A stretch of DNA of 64,000 nt from the NCBI GenBank assembly GCA_030765505.1, contig JAVCCL010000004.1, positions 35,933 through 99,932 of the forward strand, written 5' to 3'. Under the pieces are notes generated by a model. It was not told the DNA's origin and did not search any database. It worked only from the letters and a program-made list of their open reading frames with translations. How positions within the stretch are numbered: the stretch's first letter is position 1; each line of letters opens with the position of its first letter. Below are positions 7,278 through 16,792 of this stretch, piece by piece. This DNA comes from Candidatus Kaelpia imicola (GTDB taxonomy: Bacteria > Omnitrophota > Gorgyraeia > Kaelpiales > Kaelpiaceae). The translations under genes were made by a program, and so were the position numbers.

Positions 7278-7745
7278 ATGCAAATAGAGCAAGTTGTAAT
7301 TGATGATTTGTCAGAGATTTTAAGCTTACAGAAGTTAGCATTTCAAAATGAAGCTGAAATCTATTCTGACTGTAAAATTCCGCCTTTAACCCAAAGCTTG
7401 GAAGATATAAAAGAAGAATTTCAACAGAAAGTTTTTTTAAAAGCTGCGGTAAATAGTGAAATAATCGGTTCTGTGAGAGCATTTAAAGAAAAGAGGTCTT
7501 GTTATATTGGAAAACTTATAGTACACCCTGATTTTCAGAATCAGGGTGTCGGTACAAGGTTAATACAGGAAGTAGAGGGGATCTTTAGAGATGCTGAATA
7601 TTTTGTATTATGGACAGGACATAAAAGTGAAAAAAGTATTTGTTTTTATCAGAAGTTGGGCTATAAAGCAGTTAAGGCTACATTCGATATTAGAGATAAT
7701 AAATTTTTACGCTTAGAAAAAAGAAAATATAGAGTAACTGAGTAG
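7278..7745 (+). CDS. GNAT family N-acetyltransferase
   Basis: 155 aa; acetyl-CoA binding motif A VHPDFQNQGVGTRLI. Confidence 0.8.
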   Translation: MQIEQVVIDDLSEILSLQKLAFQNEAEIYSDCKIPPLTQSLEDIKEEFQQKVFLKAAVNSEIIGSVRAFKEKRSCYIGKLIVHPDFQNQGVGTRLIQEVEGIFRDAEYFVLWTGHKSEKSICFYQKLGYKAVKATFDIRDNKFLRLEKRKYRVTE

Positions 7746-7808
7746 GTATATATTTCTTTTATCCCGTTTCAGATGTTGTTGAAAGAAGGGAATAAGCTAC
7801 TAAAAATA

Positions 7809-7969
7809 TCCAAAAGGAGGCGATGGAAGCTAAGACAGAGAAGCATTAGTAGCCGGTTTTCTGATGATAGCCGTGGCTTATACCTATAGTGCCGGTAGTT
7901 TAGCGGAGCATCTCGAGATAAATATCTATAGTTGAATTTCAACGGGGCAAGCCTACTCACAGTCAGTAG
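7809..7969 (+). repeat. att-like repeat copy D (long form); probable right boundary of the accessory region
   Basis: ccaaaaggaggcgatggaagctaag...atagccgtggcttatacc...tttagcggagcatctcgagataaatatctatagttgaatttcaacggggcaagcctactcacagtcag; homologous to copy B including the 13-bp palindrome. Confidence 0.6.
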
Positions 7970-8020
7970 TTTTGGAGTTTTTTTATTGATTCTTTTTAAA
8001 TAAGGTGTAACTTAAATACT

Positions 8021-8368
8021 ATGATTGAGCGTCGTAAATATCCAAGATTAGATAATTTTCTTAGTGTTAATTATAAGGTATTAGGTATAGACGATTCTCT
8101 GGTTAATACCGTATGTAAGAATATCAGCGCAGGAGGGATATGTTTTCCTGTTAAAGAAGATATACAACAGGAGACTCTATTGGAAATAGATATCTATATC
8201 AGAGAGATAAAGAAAGGTATCCAAGCTAAAGGCAGGGTCGTCTGGTTAAAAAGAAGAGAGGATAAATGTTATCCTTATATTGTAGGTGTTGAATTTACCG
8301 AGATTGAAGATGGTGAGCGTGATTTTATTCTTCATTATGTTTGGGAAAAATTGAGGGAAAAAGAATAA
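8021..8368 (+). CDS. PilZ domain protein (c-di-GMP binding)
   Basis: RRKYPR (RxxxR) and NISAGG (D/NxSxxG) motifs. Confidence 0.75.
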   Translation: MIERRKYPRLDNFLSVNYKVLGIDDSLVNTVCKNISAGGICFPVKEDIQQETLLEIDIYIREIKKGIQAKGRVVWLKRREDKCYPYIVGVEFTEIEDGERDFILHYVWEKLREKE

Positions 8369-8492
8369 TCCAGACCGTTAATAGTTTCATTACTATCATT
8401 ACTTAATAAACTTGGCTGTATCTGTAGTGCAAAATGAGTATTCTTTATCAGCTTTATTTTCTCAGGAATTCTAGTAAAATAATTTCTGTTAT

Positions 8493-9482
8493 ATGAAGTT
8501 AAAAAATGAGGTTAGAGATACTATATCTGAATATTTTCTCATAAAGAGAGGAGAGAATATCTTGCTATCAGTATCGGGTGGACCCGATTCTGTTGCTATG
8601 GTTTATATCCTAAATGAGTTAAGATCTGAAATAGGATTTAATATGGCTCTGGGTTATTTTCATCATGGGATAAGGAAAGATTCTGATAAAGAACAGAAAT
8701 ACGTAGAAGGACTTGCTGCTGTTTTTAAAATTGATTTTTATACTAAAAGATCTGATATACCTCTTATTTCAAAAAAAGAGAAGAGTTCTCTTGAGGATAC
8801 TGCAAGAAGAGAGAGATATAAGTTTTTAATATCAACAGCTAAAAGGAGAGAGTTTGATAAGATAGCCGTTGCTCATAATAGCGATGATCAGGCTGAGACT
8901 ATATTGCAAAGATTGATGCGGGGCTCAGGGTTAAGAGGTTTTAGAGGTATCTCTTTCAAGATGGATATGGATGGAGTAGAGATAGTAAGACCGTTACTTT
9001 CCTCTTCAAGGAAAGAGATAGAGAGATATTTAGAGAAGAATAAGATATCTCCATGCATAGATAAGAGTAATTTTGATACTAAATTTAATCGTAATAAGGT
9101 TAGACATGAGTTGATACCTTATATAGAAAAGGAATTTAATCCAAACATCAAAGAGCTTCTCTGTAAAACAGCCTCCAACATGTCGCAGCTGCATAGTTTT
9201 ATAGAGGCTGAAGTTGAAGATGTTTTTAAAAGGTGTGTGAAAAAGGAATCTTCTTATGTTAAGATAAAGACCGATAGATTAAAAAGATTCCATTCTTATA
9301 TTATGGCGGAGCTTGTGAGAAAAGCAGTTGAGGTGGTTAAAGGAGATCTAAAGAGGTTTGAATATTCTCACTGGAAAGAGATAGAGTCATTAATTTATGA
9401 ACGTCCGGATAATTCCGTAGTAGATTTACCTGGAGGGATAAAGGTTAGGAAAGCGAAATCTTGGATAACTATAGGGAGGTAG
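8493..9482 (+). CDS. tilS: tRNA(Ile)-lysidine synthetase
   Basis: PP-loop SVSGGPDSVAM; ~330 aa; conserved position upstream of ftsH. Confidence 0.85.
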   Translation: MKLKNEVRDTISEYFLIKRGENILLSVSGGPDSVAMVYILNELRSEIGFNMALGYFHHGIRKDSDKEQKYVEGLAAVFKIDFYTKRSDIPLISKKEKSSLEDTARRERYKFLISTAKRREFDKIAVAHNSDDQAETILQRLMRGSGLRGFRGISFKMDMDGVEIVRPLLSSSRKEIERYLEKNKISPCIDKSNFDTKFNRNKVRHELIPYIEKEFNPNIKELLCKTASNMSQLHSFIEAEVEDVFKRCVKKESSYVKIKTDRLKRFHSYIMAELVRKAVEVVKGDLKRFEYSHWKEIESLIYERPDNSVVDLPGGIKVRKAKSWITIGR

Positions 9483-9488
9483 ATAAAT

Positions 9489-11351
9489 ATGGAGAAGAAG
9501 AAAAAAGATAAAAAGAGAGAATATCGCAATAGGAGTCTTTTAATTTGGCTTCTGGTTATGGTTTTGTTCTATATGTTTTGGCAGAGTAATGTAGATCAGG
9601 GGTTAAGCCAGATAGAGCTTAAATACTCAGAGTTTTACAAAATGTTAAAAGAGAGTCCTGATGATATAAGATCGGTTGTTAAGACCGAAAATTTAATAAG
9701 AGGTGAATTGAAAGACGGGACTGAATTTAGAGTGATGATTCCTAATGAAGACAGGGATTTCATAGTTCTTATGCGGAATAATATATCTGATTTTAGAGTA
9801 GAACCTCCTAAAACATTGCTATTACAGGTTCTTTTCTCCGTTGGACCAATTTTGCTCTTCATTGCTTTTCTTTGGTTCTTGCACCGTGGTTCAAAAGGGG
9901 GAGCAGGCAGGATATTCTCGTTTGGAAAGATGAAGACTAAGTTTGGCTTGGATGGACAGGGCAAGGTTACCTTTGATGATGTTGCCGGGGTTGCAGAAGC
10001 AAAGGAAGAGTTAAAAGAGATAATAGATTTTCTTACAGATCCAAAGAAATTTCAGCGCTTAGGAGGAAAGATTCCAAGAGGTGTTCTTTTAACAGGACCT
10101 CCTGGAACAGGTAAGACACTTCTTGCAAAGGCTGTAAGTGGAGAGGCTGGAGTTCTCTTTTCATCTCTATCGGGATCAGATTTTGTTGAGATGTTTGTTG
10201 GCGTAGGTGCTGCAAGAGTTAGAGACTTATTTGAGCAATCTAAGCGCCACACTCGTAATACCGGTAAGGGCTGTATTATATTTATAGATGAGATAGATGC
10301 TGTTGGTCGTCAGAGGTTTGCAGGTATAGGCGGAGGGCACGACGAGAGAGAGCAGACTTTAAATGCTCTTTTAGCTGAGATGGACGGCTTTGGTACTGAT
10401 GAGAGTGTTATAGTTATTGCAGCAACCAATAGACCGGATGTATTAGACCCGGCACTGCTTAGACCGGGTAGATTTGATAGAATTATTATTGTTGGTAGCC
10501 CTGATGTAAAGGGAAGAGAGGACATTCTTAAGGTCCATGTAAGGAATAAGAAAGTTGCAAAAAGAGTAGATTTAAATAAGATTGCGCGTCAGACTTCAGG
10601 GTTCTCAGGTGCCGATCTTGCCAATCTATGCAACGAGTCAGCTCTTTTGGCTGCAAGGCGCGGTAAAGATGAGATTACAATGGATGAAATGGATGAATCG
10701 ATAGATAGAGTTATGGCAGGTCCGCAGAGAAAGTCAAGAGTGATGAGTGAACATGAGAAAAAGCTTACCGCTTTCCATGAGGCTGGACATGCCTTAGTAT
10801 CGCTGCTTTTGCCCAATGTTGAGCCGCTACATAAGGTCTCTATTATTCCTCGCGGTATGATGGGGGGGTATACGAAGTTTTTAGAAGAAGATAAAGAATA
10901 TCAGACAAAAAATGAGATATTAGATAAAATTACTGTTGGTTTAGCAGGACGAGCGGCGGAGGAACTTGCTTTGGGTGAGATCTCAACAGGTGCTAGCCAT
11001 GATATTGAGATTGTGACTAAATTCGCGCGTAATATGGTCTGTGTTTTTGGTATGAGTGAGAAACTGGGTAATGTATCTTTGGATAAGCATTCAGGGCCTG
11101 TCTTTTTAGGTAGAGATCTTGTTGCAGAGAAACATTATAGTGAGAAGACGGCTGAAGAGATCGATAAAGAGATAAAGACTATAATAGATCAGTGCTATCA
11201 CACTGCAAAACAGCTGCTTGGAAAGAACCGTGAAAAGTTATATCTCCTGGCCAATACTCTTCTTGATAAGGAGACTTTGGAGGGGGATAGAGTAAGAAAG
11301 CTCTTGGGTATCAAAGATAAGAAGAGAGATGAGCAAAATAAGAGTTCTTGA
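9489..11351 (+). CDS. ftsH: ATP-dependent zinc metalloprotease FtsH
   Basis: TM N-terminus; AAA Walker A GPPGTGKT; second region of homology; zinc motif HEAGHA. Confidence 0.95.
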   Translation: MEKKKKDKKREYRNRSLLIWLLVMVLFYMFWQSNVDQGLSQIELKYSEFYKMLKESPDDIRSVVKTENLIRGELKDGTEFRVMIPNEDRDFIVLMRNNISDFRVEPPKTLLLQVLFSVGPILLFIAFLWFLHRGSKGGAGRIFSFGKMKTKFGLDGQGKVTFDDVAGVAEAKEELKEIIDFLTDPKKFQRLGGKIPRGVLLTGPPGTGKTLLAKAVSGEAGVLFSSLSGSDFVEMFVGVGAARVRDLFEQSKRHTRNTGKGCIIFIDEIDAVGRQRFAGIGGGHDEREQTLNALLAEMDGFGTDESVIVIAATNRPDVLDPALLRPGRFDRIIIVGSPDVKGREDILKVHVRNKKVAKRVDLNKIARQTSGFSGADLANLCNESALLAARRGKDEITMDEMDESIDRVMAGPQRKSRVMSEHEKKLTAFHEAGHALVSLLLPNVEPLHKVSIIPRGMMGGYTKFLEEDKEYQTKNEILDKITVGLAGRAAEELALGEISTGASHDIEIVTKFARNMVCVFGMSEKLGNVSLDKHSGPVFLGRDLVAEKHYSEKTAEEIDKEIKTIIDQCYHTAKQLLGKNREKLYLLANTLLDKETLEGDRVRKLLGIKDKKRDEQNKSS

Positions 11352-12522
11352 TTTAAATTTCAATGAACTCAAGAGTGAGTTTGATAGGCTTAATGTAGAT
11401 ATCTATGGCTCTAAGGTTATGCTTCCTAAGGGTAGTTTTCGCATTGTTAAGATAGAGAGCATTGCTTCGGTCTCTGCAAATGTGATAAAGCAGCAGATGT
11501 TATCTAATGGGGGAGATGCTGCAGTCAGCAGAAGTTCTATTGATGGAAGCAAGAAGAGAACAGGTTGCATAATTATGGGCACAGAGAAGCAGTACCAGGA
11601 GTTGATAAAAAAGCTAAGGCTTCAGCCTTGGGGATTATCTGAAGTTTCAGATAAAATTAAAGAATCTTTAAGTAGGTTTAATAGTAAGATGTCCAATATA
11701 AGTTTAGGGAGTAGTAAAATATCTTTTGGTAAGAGAACCAGGATTATGGGTATTGTTAATATTACTCCCGATTCTTTCAGCAATGGAGGTAAGTTCTTAA
11801 ACTCCAGCAGCGCTGCTGAACAGATATATAGATTGGTAGATCAGGGAGCTGATATTATCGATATAGGCGGTGAGTCTTCAAGGCCTGGATCCGGTAATGT
11901 TAGAACAGATGAGGAGCTTAAGAGGGTTATTCCTGTAATAAAGAGAGTGCGTAAAAAGATTAAAGTGCCTATATCGATTGACACCCGTAAGTCAGAAGTT
12001 GCAAGGAAGGCTCTTGAGTCTGGGGCTGACATTGTAAATGATATCTCCTCATTCGGTTATGATCCTAAGATGGCCAAAGTTTTAGCAGAGTATAAGGTCC
12101 CGGTTATTCTTATGCATATGAAAGGAACTCCTAAGACAATGCAGAGAGCTCCGGAGTATAGAGACGTAATATCTGAGATCTATGAATATCTTGAGAAAAA
12201 GATTTCTTTAGCTGCTGAAAAAGGTATCAGTAGGGATAAGATCATAATAGATCCCGGCATAGGTTTTGGTAAGGGAGTGGAGGATAATATAGAGATAATC
12301 GGGCGTTTGAGAGAGTTTAGATCCTTAGGCAGACCTGTTCTGATAGGATTATCCAGAAAGTCTTTTATAGGCGGTATTTTAAAAAAATCTGTTGACGGGA
12401 GATTATATGGTTCACTAGGCAGCTATGCTTGTGCTATTATAAATGGAGCGGATATTTTGAGAGTCCATGATGTTCGTGAAACAAGAGATTTGGTAAGAGT
12501 AATAGATAGAATTAAAAGATGA
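11329..12522 (+). CDS. folP: Dihydropteroate synthase with ~120-aa N-terminal extension (alternative start at 11689)
   Basis: RTRIMGIVNITPDSFSNGG and downstream DHPS motifs. The ORF begins 23 nt before the ftsH stop; an internal ATG at 11689 would give a canonical-length DHPS. Confidence 0.8.
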   Translation: MSKIRVLDLNFNELKSEFDRLNVDIYGSKVMLPKGSFRIVKIESIASVSANVIKQQMLSNGGDAAVSRSSIDGSKKRTGCIIMGTEKQYQELIKKLRLQPWGLSEVSDKIKESLSRFNSKMSNISLGSSKISFGKRTRIMGIVNITPDSFSNGGKFLNSSSAAEQIYRLVDQGADIIDIGGESSRPGSGNVRTDEELKRVIPVIKRVRKKIKVPISIDTRKSEVARKALESGADIVNDISSFGYDPKMAKVLAEYKVPVILMHMKGTPKTMQRAPEYRDVISEIYEYLEKKISLAAEKGISRDKIIIDPGIGFGKGVEDNIEIIGRLREFRSLGRPVLIGLSRKSFIGGILKKSVDGRLYGSLGSYACAIINGADILRVHDVRETRDLVRVIDRIKR

Positions 12523-13319
12523 AATTTATATCGCCTCTAATAGTTTTTTTAATTGAAATTGCTGTGTTATGGTTTATTTACTATAAGGTTCTTCGTTTCA
12601 TAGAGACAACGCGCGGTAAGCAAGTTCTTAAAGGATTATTATTGGTCTTGATACTTTTTTTGGTTTCACAGCTATTCAACCTGGAGGTTATGCATTGGCT
12701 TCTAACAAAGCTTTTTACTATCTCCATTCTGGCATTTATAGTGATATTTCAACCCGAACTTAGACGTGGTTTGGCAAGGTTGGGTGAGTATTCACCTTTT
12801 ACTCTTGCCGTGAGAGAAGAGAGAGTAGTAGATGAAATAGTAATAGCATCTTATACTCTGGCAAAGAGAAATATCGGTGCACTTATTGCAATACAACGCC
12901 AGGTAAATCTAGACCCTTTTATAGAGTCTGGCATCTTCATAGATAGTACTATAAGCGCAGAGTTATTAGTGGCTATTTTTACCCCGTATAACCCCTTACA
13001 TGATGGAGGAGTTATTATTGAGTCTAATAAAATCAAAACAGCATCCTGTCTTTTTCCTTTGACTCAAAATCAAAATCTACCTAAAAGAATAGGCACTCGT
13101 CACAGGTCCGCTATCGGTTTAAGCGAGGAGACTGATGCGGTTATTGTGATTGTCTCTGAAGAGACCGGGGATGTATCTATAGCATTAAGAGGAGAGTTGT
13201 ACCAGAATCTAAGTGCTGAAGAATTAGGCAGTAAGTTGCTGGTTCTATGTAGTAGGAAAATAACAAGAGAAGAAGAGGGGAGAATAGCGTCTTTAGATGA
13301 AGCTGATAGCAGCAATTAA
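12519..13319 (+). CDS. cdaA: Diadenylate cyclase CdaA (DisA_N domain, membrane-anchored)
   Basis: N-terminal TM helices; DAC motifs HDGGVII and TRHRSAIGLSEETDAVIVIVSEETG. Confidence 0.9.
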   Translation: MKFISPLIVFLIEIAVLWFIYYKVLRFIETTRGKQVLKGLLLVLILFLVSQLFNLEVMHWLLTKLFTISILAFIVIFQPELRRGLARLGEYSPFTLAVREERVVDEIVIASYTLAKRNIGALIAIQRQVNLDPFIESGIFIDSTISAELLVAIFTPYNPLHDGGVIIESNKIKTASCLFPLTQNQNLPKRIGTRHRSAIGLSEETDAVIVIVSEETGDVSIALRGELYQNLSAEELGSKLLVLCSRKITREEEGRIASLDEADSSN

Positions 13320-13719
13320 AAGTAATTTTGGATATAAGCTGATAGCTCTACTGCTCGCCATAACTACCTATCTCTATGTTCAGGGAGAGATAGGTATTAA
13401 AGGTATTGGTTTGGGGGAGAAGTGGCTTTTAGAAGATGTAATCTCAAAAGTAGTTCCGACTAAGGTCTCTATAAAAGGAGAACCTCCTGAAGGATATGAG
13501 GTTTTAAAATCGAATATAATCCTCGCCCCAGAGAGAGTGATAATCATGGGCAGGAAAGATGATATTATGAATATTTCAGAGGTTGCGACTCAAGAGATAG
13601 ATGTGCGAAAATTTACTCATACCCAGGTGTTATCCGTTTCGCTTCTGGCTTTAGAGAATGCTATTATAATGAGCTCTAAGACAGTGACTGTAGAGATCCC
13701 TATTATGTCATTACGGTAA
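13297..13719 (+). CDS. YbbR-like domain protein (short CdaR-like regulator of CdaA)
   Basis: Immediately downstream of and overlapping cdaA; N-terminal TM; 140 aa, single YbbR-like unit. Confidence 0.5.
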   Translation: MKLIAAIKSNFGYKLIALLLAITTYLYVQGEIGIKGIGLGEKWLLEDVISKVVPTKVSIKGEPPEGYEVLKSNIILAPERVIIMGRKDDIMNISEVATQEIDVRKFTHTQVLSVSLLALENAIIMSSKTVTVEIPIMSLR

Positions 13720-13724
13720 AATCA

Positions 13725-14435
13725 ATGAGGTTAGGTTTAAATATAGATCATGTTGCAACAGTGAGAGAGGCGCGGGGAGGAGACGAACCAAACCCTATTG
13801 AGGCTCTTCTGGCAGCTGAGGAAGCTGGCTGTGATTCTATAGTAGCACATTTAAGAGAAGACCGAAGGCATATCAACGACTCTGATGTAAGAGAGATAAG
13901 AACTAGCGTTAAGACAGCTTTCAATATGGAGATGTCAATTGCAGAAGATATCGTCAGGGTAGCTTTAGATGTTAAGCCTGATGAAGTGACTTTTGTTCCT
14001 GAGAAGAGAGAAGAGTTAACAACAGAGGGAGGACTTGATGTTTTAACTTACCAAAATAGGCTTGTCGATGTTATTCCGGAATTTAAGAAAAACAATATAA
14101 AAGTAACTCTTTTTATAGATTCGGACAGAGAACAGATAGAGGCTTCATCCAAGGTTGGTGCTGATTGTATAGAGATTCATACCGGCTCTTTTGCCGAGGC
14201 TTTTAAGAAAGGTCTTTATAGGGAAGAGTTGGATAAGATAATAGAAGGAGTTGACATGGCAAGATCGCTCAACCTCAGAGTCAATGCCGGACACGGCCTT
14301 AACTATGAAAATGTTTCTGAGATTGTTAAGATAGAAGGAATTGAATCTTTAAATATAGGACATTCAATAATATCAAGAGCAGTCTTTTCAGGAATTGAAT
14401 CTGCGGTAAAGAAGATGCTTAAACTTATAAAATGA
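13725..14435 (+). CDS. pdxJ: Pyridoxine 5'-phosphate synthase
   Basis: LGLNIDHVATVREARGG...PNP; TIM-barrel PdxJ signature. Confidence 0.9.
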   Translation: MRLGLNIDHVATVREARGGDEPNPIEALLAAEEAGCDSIVAHLREDRRHINDSDVREIRTSVKTAFNMEMSIAEDIVRVALDVKPDEVTFVPEKREELTTEGGLDVLTYQNRLVDVIPEFKKNNIKVTLFIDSDREQIEASSKVGADCIEIHTGSFAEAFKKGLYREELDKIIEGVDMARSLNLRVNAGHGLNYENVSEIVKIEGIESLNIGHSIISRAVFSGIESAVKKMLKLIK

Positions 14436-14806
14436 AGATATTGGCTACCGGAATAGATATAATTGAAGTTAAGAGAGTAAAGAATATCTATTTGAAATTT
14501 AAAGATAGGTTTCTAAACAAAATATTAACTTTAGAAGAGGCTGGTGAACTGGAGAGTAAAGGTAAGAGTTACTATCAATCTCTTGCAGCCAGAGTTGCAG
14601 CAAAAGAAGCAATATATAAGGCTTTAAATTCCTATGACCATAGAATCACTCCTAAGTGGAAGGATATCTCAATATATAATCAGGAGAATGGTTCCCCTGG
14701 TGTGAGGTTAAATTTTAACCTTGATCTTGGAGCAGCGATAGTACTCAGTATCTCCCATACAGACAATTATGCAGTTGCCAATGCTATATTGTTGCAGGAA
14801 GGCTGA
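14432..14806 (+). CDS. acpS: Holo-[acyl-carrier-protein] synthase
   Basis: 124 aa; GIDIIEV N-terminus; conserved pdxJ-acpS linkage. Confidence 0.85.
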   Translation: MKILATGIDIIEVKRVKNIYLKFKDRFLNKILTLEEAGELESKGKSYYQSLAARVAAKEAIYKALNSYDHRITPKWKDISIYNQENGSPGVRLNFNLDLGAAIVLSISHTDNYAVANAILLQEG

Positions 14807-15681
14807 TGCAGGATAAGATATTAAGTTATTTCAAGAAGATATATCCCAGAGAGAAAGATAGCCATAAGGGCGATTACGGCAGAGTCTTTATTCTTGCAGG
14901 TTCGGCTGGAATGAGTGGCGCAGCAATCTTAGCATCGCTGGCATCTTTAAGATCTGGAGCTGGACTTGTCTATCTGGGTATACCGCAAGGATTAAGCAAT
15001 ATAGTTCAAGAAAAACTGACAGAGGTTATAACAATTCCTTTAAAAGAGACTAAGAGCGGTAGCATTAGTCTCTCTGCATTAAGACAGATAAGACCATTAT
15101 TAAAAAAGGCTGATTTAGTATTGGTCGGCCCGGGCTTATCGCAGAATAAGCAGACTAAGAACCTAGTGCGGAGATTGATAGCTGAAGTTAAGAAACCTAT
15201 CATACTTGATGCAGATGGTATCAGCTCTTTTAAAAGAAAAGCTAGGTTGTTAAAAAAGAGAAAAGCAACCTCTCTTATATTAACGCCACATCTCGGTGAG
15301 TTTTCAACTATTTCAAAGATAAAGATAGATAAAATAAAAAAAGATAGAGAGGGCATTGCTAAAGATTTTGCCAAAAAATTTAATCTTACACTTGTTCTTA
15401 AGGGTCATAATACGCTTGTTGTCAGCCCTTACGGTGATAGCTATATAAACGATAGCGGTAATCCTGGCATGGCAACAGCAGGTAGCGGTGATGTTTTATC
15501 AGGAGTAATAGCATCTTTAAGAGCTCAAGGTCTCTCTGATTATGAGGCTTCTTCTTTAGGGGTCTATATTCATGGGCGTGCAGGGGATTTAGCTCAGGAG
15601 AAGAAGACAAGTCTATCGTTGATTGCTTCAGACATCATCTATTTCTTAACCTCTGTATTTAAAGAGCTTATAGCAGGTTAA
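14806..15681 (+). CDS. nnrD: ADP-dependent (S)-NAD(P)H-hydrate dehydratase (YjeF C-terminal domain)
   Basis: GDYGRVFILAGSAGMSGAAILA and TAGSGDVLSGVIA motifs. Confidence 0.8.
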   Translation: MQDKILSYFKKIYPREKDSHKGDYGRVFILAGSAGMSGAAILASLASLRSGAGLVYLGIPQGLSNIVQEKLTEVITIPLKETKSGSISLSALRQIRPLLKKADLVLVGPGLSQNKQTKNLVRRLIAEVKKPIILDADGISSFKRKARLLKKRKATSLILTPHLGEFSTISKIKIDKIKKDREGIAKDFAKKFNLTLVLKGHNTLVVSPYGDSYINDSGNPGMATAGSGDVLSGVIASLRAQGLSDYEASSLGVYIHGRAGDLAQEKKTSLSLIASDIIYFLTSVFKELIAG

Positions 15682-15720
15682 ACCCACCTTATTTGTATCT
15701 CCATGTGATATATGGTATAA

Positions 15721-16692
15721 ATGTTAAAAATGAAGACTTTTATAAAGATAGTATTAATATCGGTATGTATTGCTGTATGTTTTCAGCCTTTCTCTGAGAG
15801 CCAAAATGCTTGCAGAAGGATTAAATCTCTCGATAAAGAGATAACTCCACCTCTAGGTGTAAATACAGAGGCTTTATTTAGAAATATTTGGACATTTTTG
15901 GAAATTTTTGATAGCCCTCAAGTCCTCGCTCAAGCGTATCCAGAACTTTCTTCTCTTTGTTTTAAAAGCTTTTCAAACCGTAAAATGACCAAGGCGGAAT
16001 ACAATGAAGTCATTAGTCATATCTCAGGCATTTCGGGTATAGCTATAGAAGAAATTTCCGGATATGAAGATTATTCCCGGCAATACGAATATACGAAAGT
16101 GTATGATATGCTAACTTCTTTTGAGCAGGAGTTTTTGTCGGTATTGAATAAAAGCGGGAATATGGAGTCTGTATTTAGGATGGTTAAATCTTTGAGCTTT
16201 GCTGATTATGTGGCAACGCAAGCAAGGCATGTTTTAAATGAAGAGATACCGAATCGTCAGCAGATGCTGAATCTATATAACTGGATTTTATCTGGCAATG
16301 AAAATATTTCAAAAATCAGTAGGAGCCAAAATGTTATTTTGGAGAATAAAGATTTTATCGTTGAAAATGGTGAAGAAATTGTAGCATATTCATTGGTTAT
16401 ATTATTTGATAAAAGTCAGCAAATGATAGATGGTTGTAATATAAAATTGGAAGGGCTGAAAGATAAGGGATTAAGAGAAAAGCAATATAATGATGATGTG
16501 CAAGTTATTGAAAACACTATGAAAGAAGAAAGGTTTCTGAGAATATTTCATGCAGCATTAATATATAATTTAATAGACAGGCCTTATCTCCAGGAAAAAT
16601 TACAGACAGTTAGAGCAATTATTGAAAACATGGTTATTGATCAAAATATTAAAAGCAAAGTACTCAGTCATTTCGGAATCTCCTTTCCTTAA
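15721..16692 (+). CDS. Hypothetical secreted protein
   Basis: 323 aa; N-terminal signal-like hydrophobic segment; no recognisable motifs. Confidence 0.5.
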   Translation: MLKMKTFIKIVLISVCIAVCFQPFSESQNACRRIKSLDKEITPPLGVNTEALFRNIWTFLEIFDSPQVLAQAYPELSSLCFKSFSNRKMTKAEYNEVISHISGISGIAIEEISGYEDYSRQYEYTKVYDMLTSFEQEFLSVLNKSGNMESVFRMVKSLSFADYVATQARHVLNEEIPNRQQMLNLYNWILSGNENISKISRSQNVILENKDFIVENGEEIVAYSLVILFDKSQQMIDGCNIKLEGLKDKGLREKQYNDDVQVIENTMKEERFLRIFHAALIYNLIDRPYLQEKLQTVRAIIENMVIDQNIKSKVLSHFGISFP

Positions 16693-16728
16693 AATTTAAA
16701 ATATTTTCTTTTCATTCCTTGACAAAAA

Positions 16729-16757
16729 CACCCCCTTTTTATACCATTTATTATAAT
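16729..16757 (+). promoter_or_regulatory. Consensus sigma70 promoter (TTGACA -17- TATAAT) for the EF-G paralog
   Basis: Perfect hexamers with 17-nt spacer; AGGAGG RBS at 16781-16786. Confidence 0.75.
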
Positions 16758-16792
16758 TATCTAACTAATCAAATCTAGAAGGAGGATAAGGT

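Noticed and set aside
4186-7969. CRISPR array interpretation of the repeated elements
   Set aside because: Copies are 100-220 bp, irregularly spaced (1-2 kb), highly degenerate and separated by genes; no short regular repeat-spacer periodicity is visible anywhere in the window.
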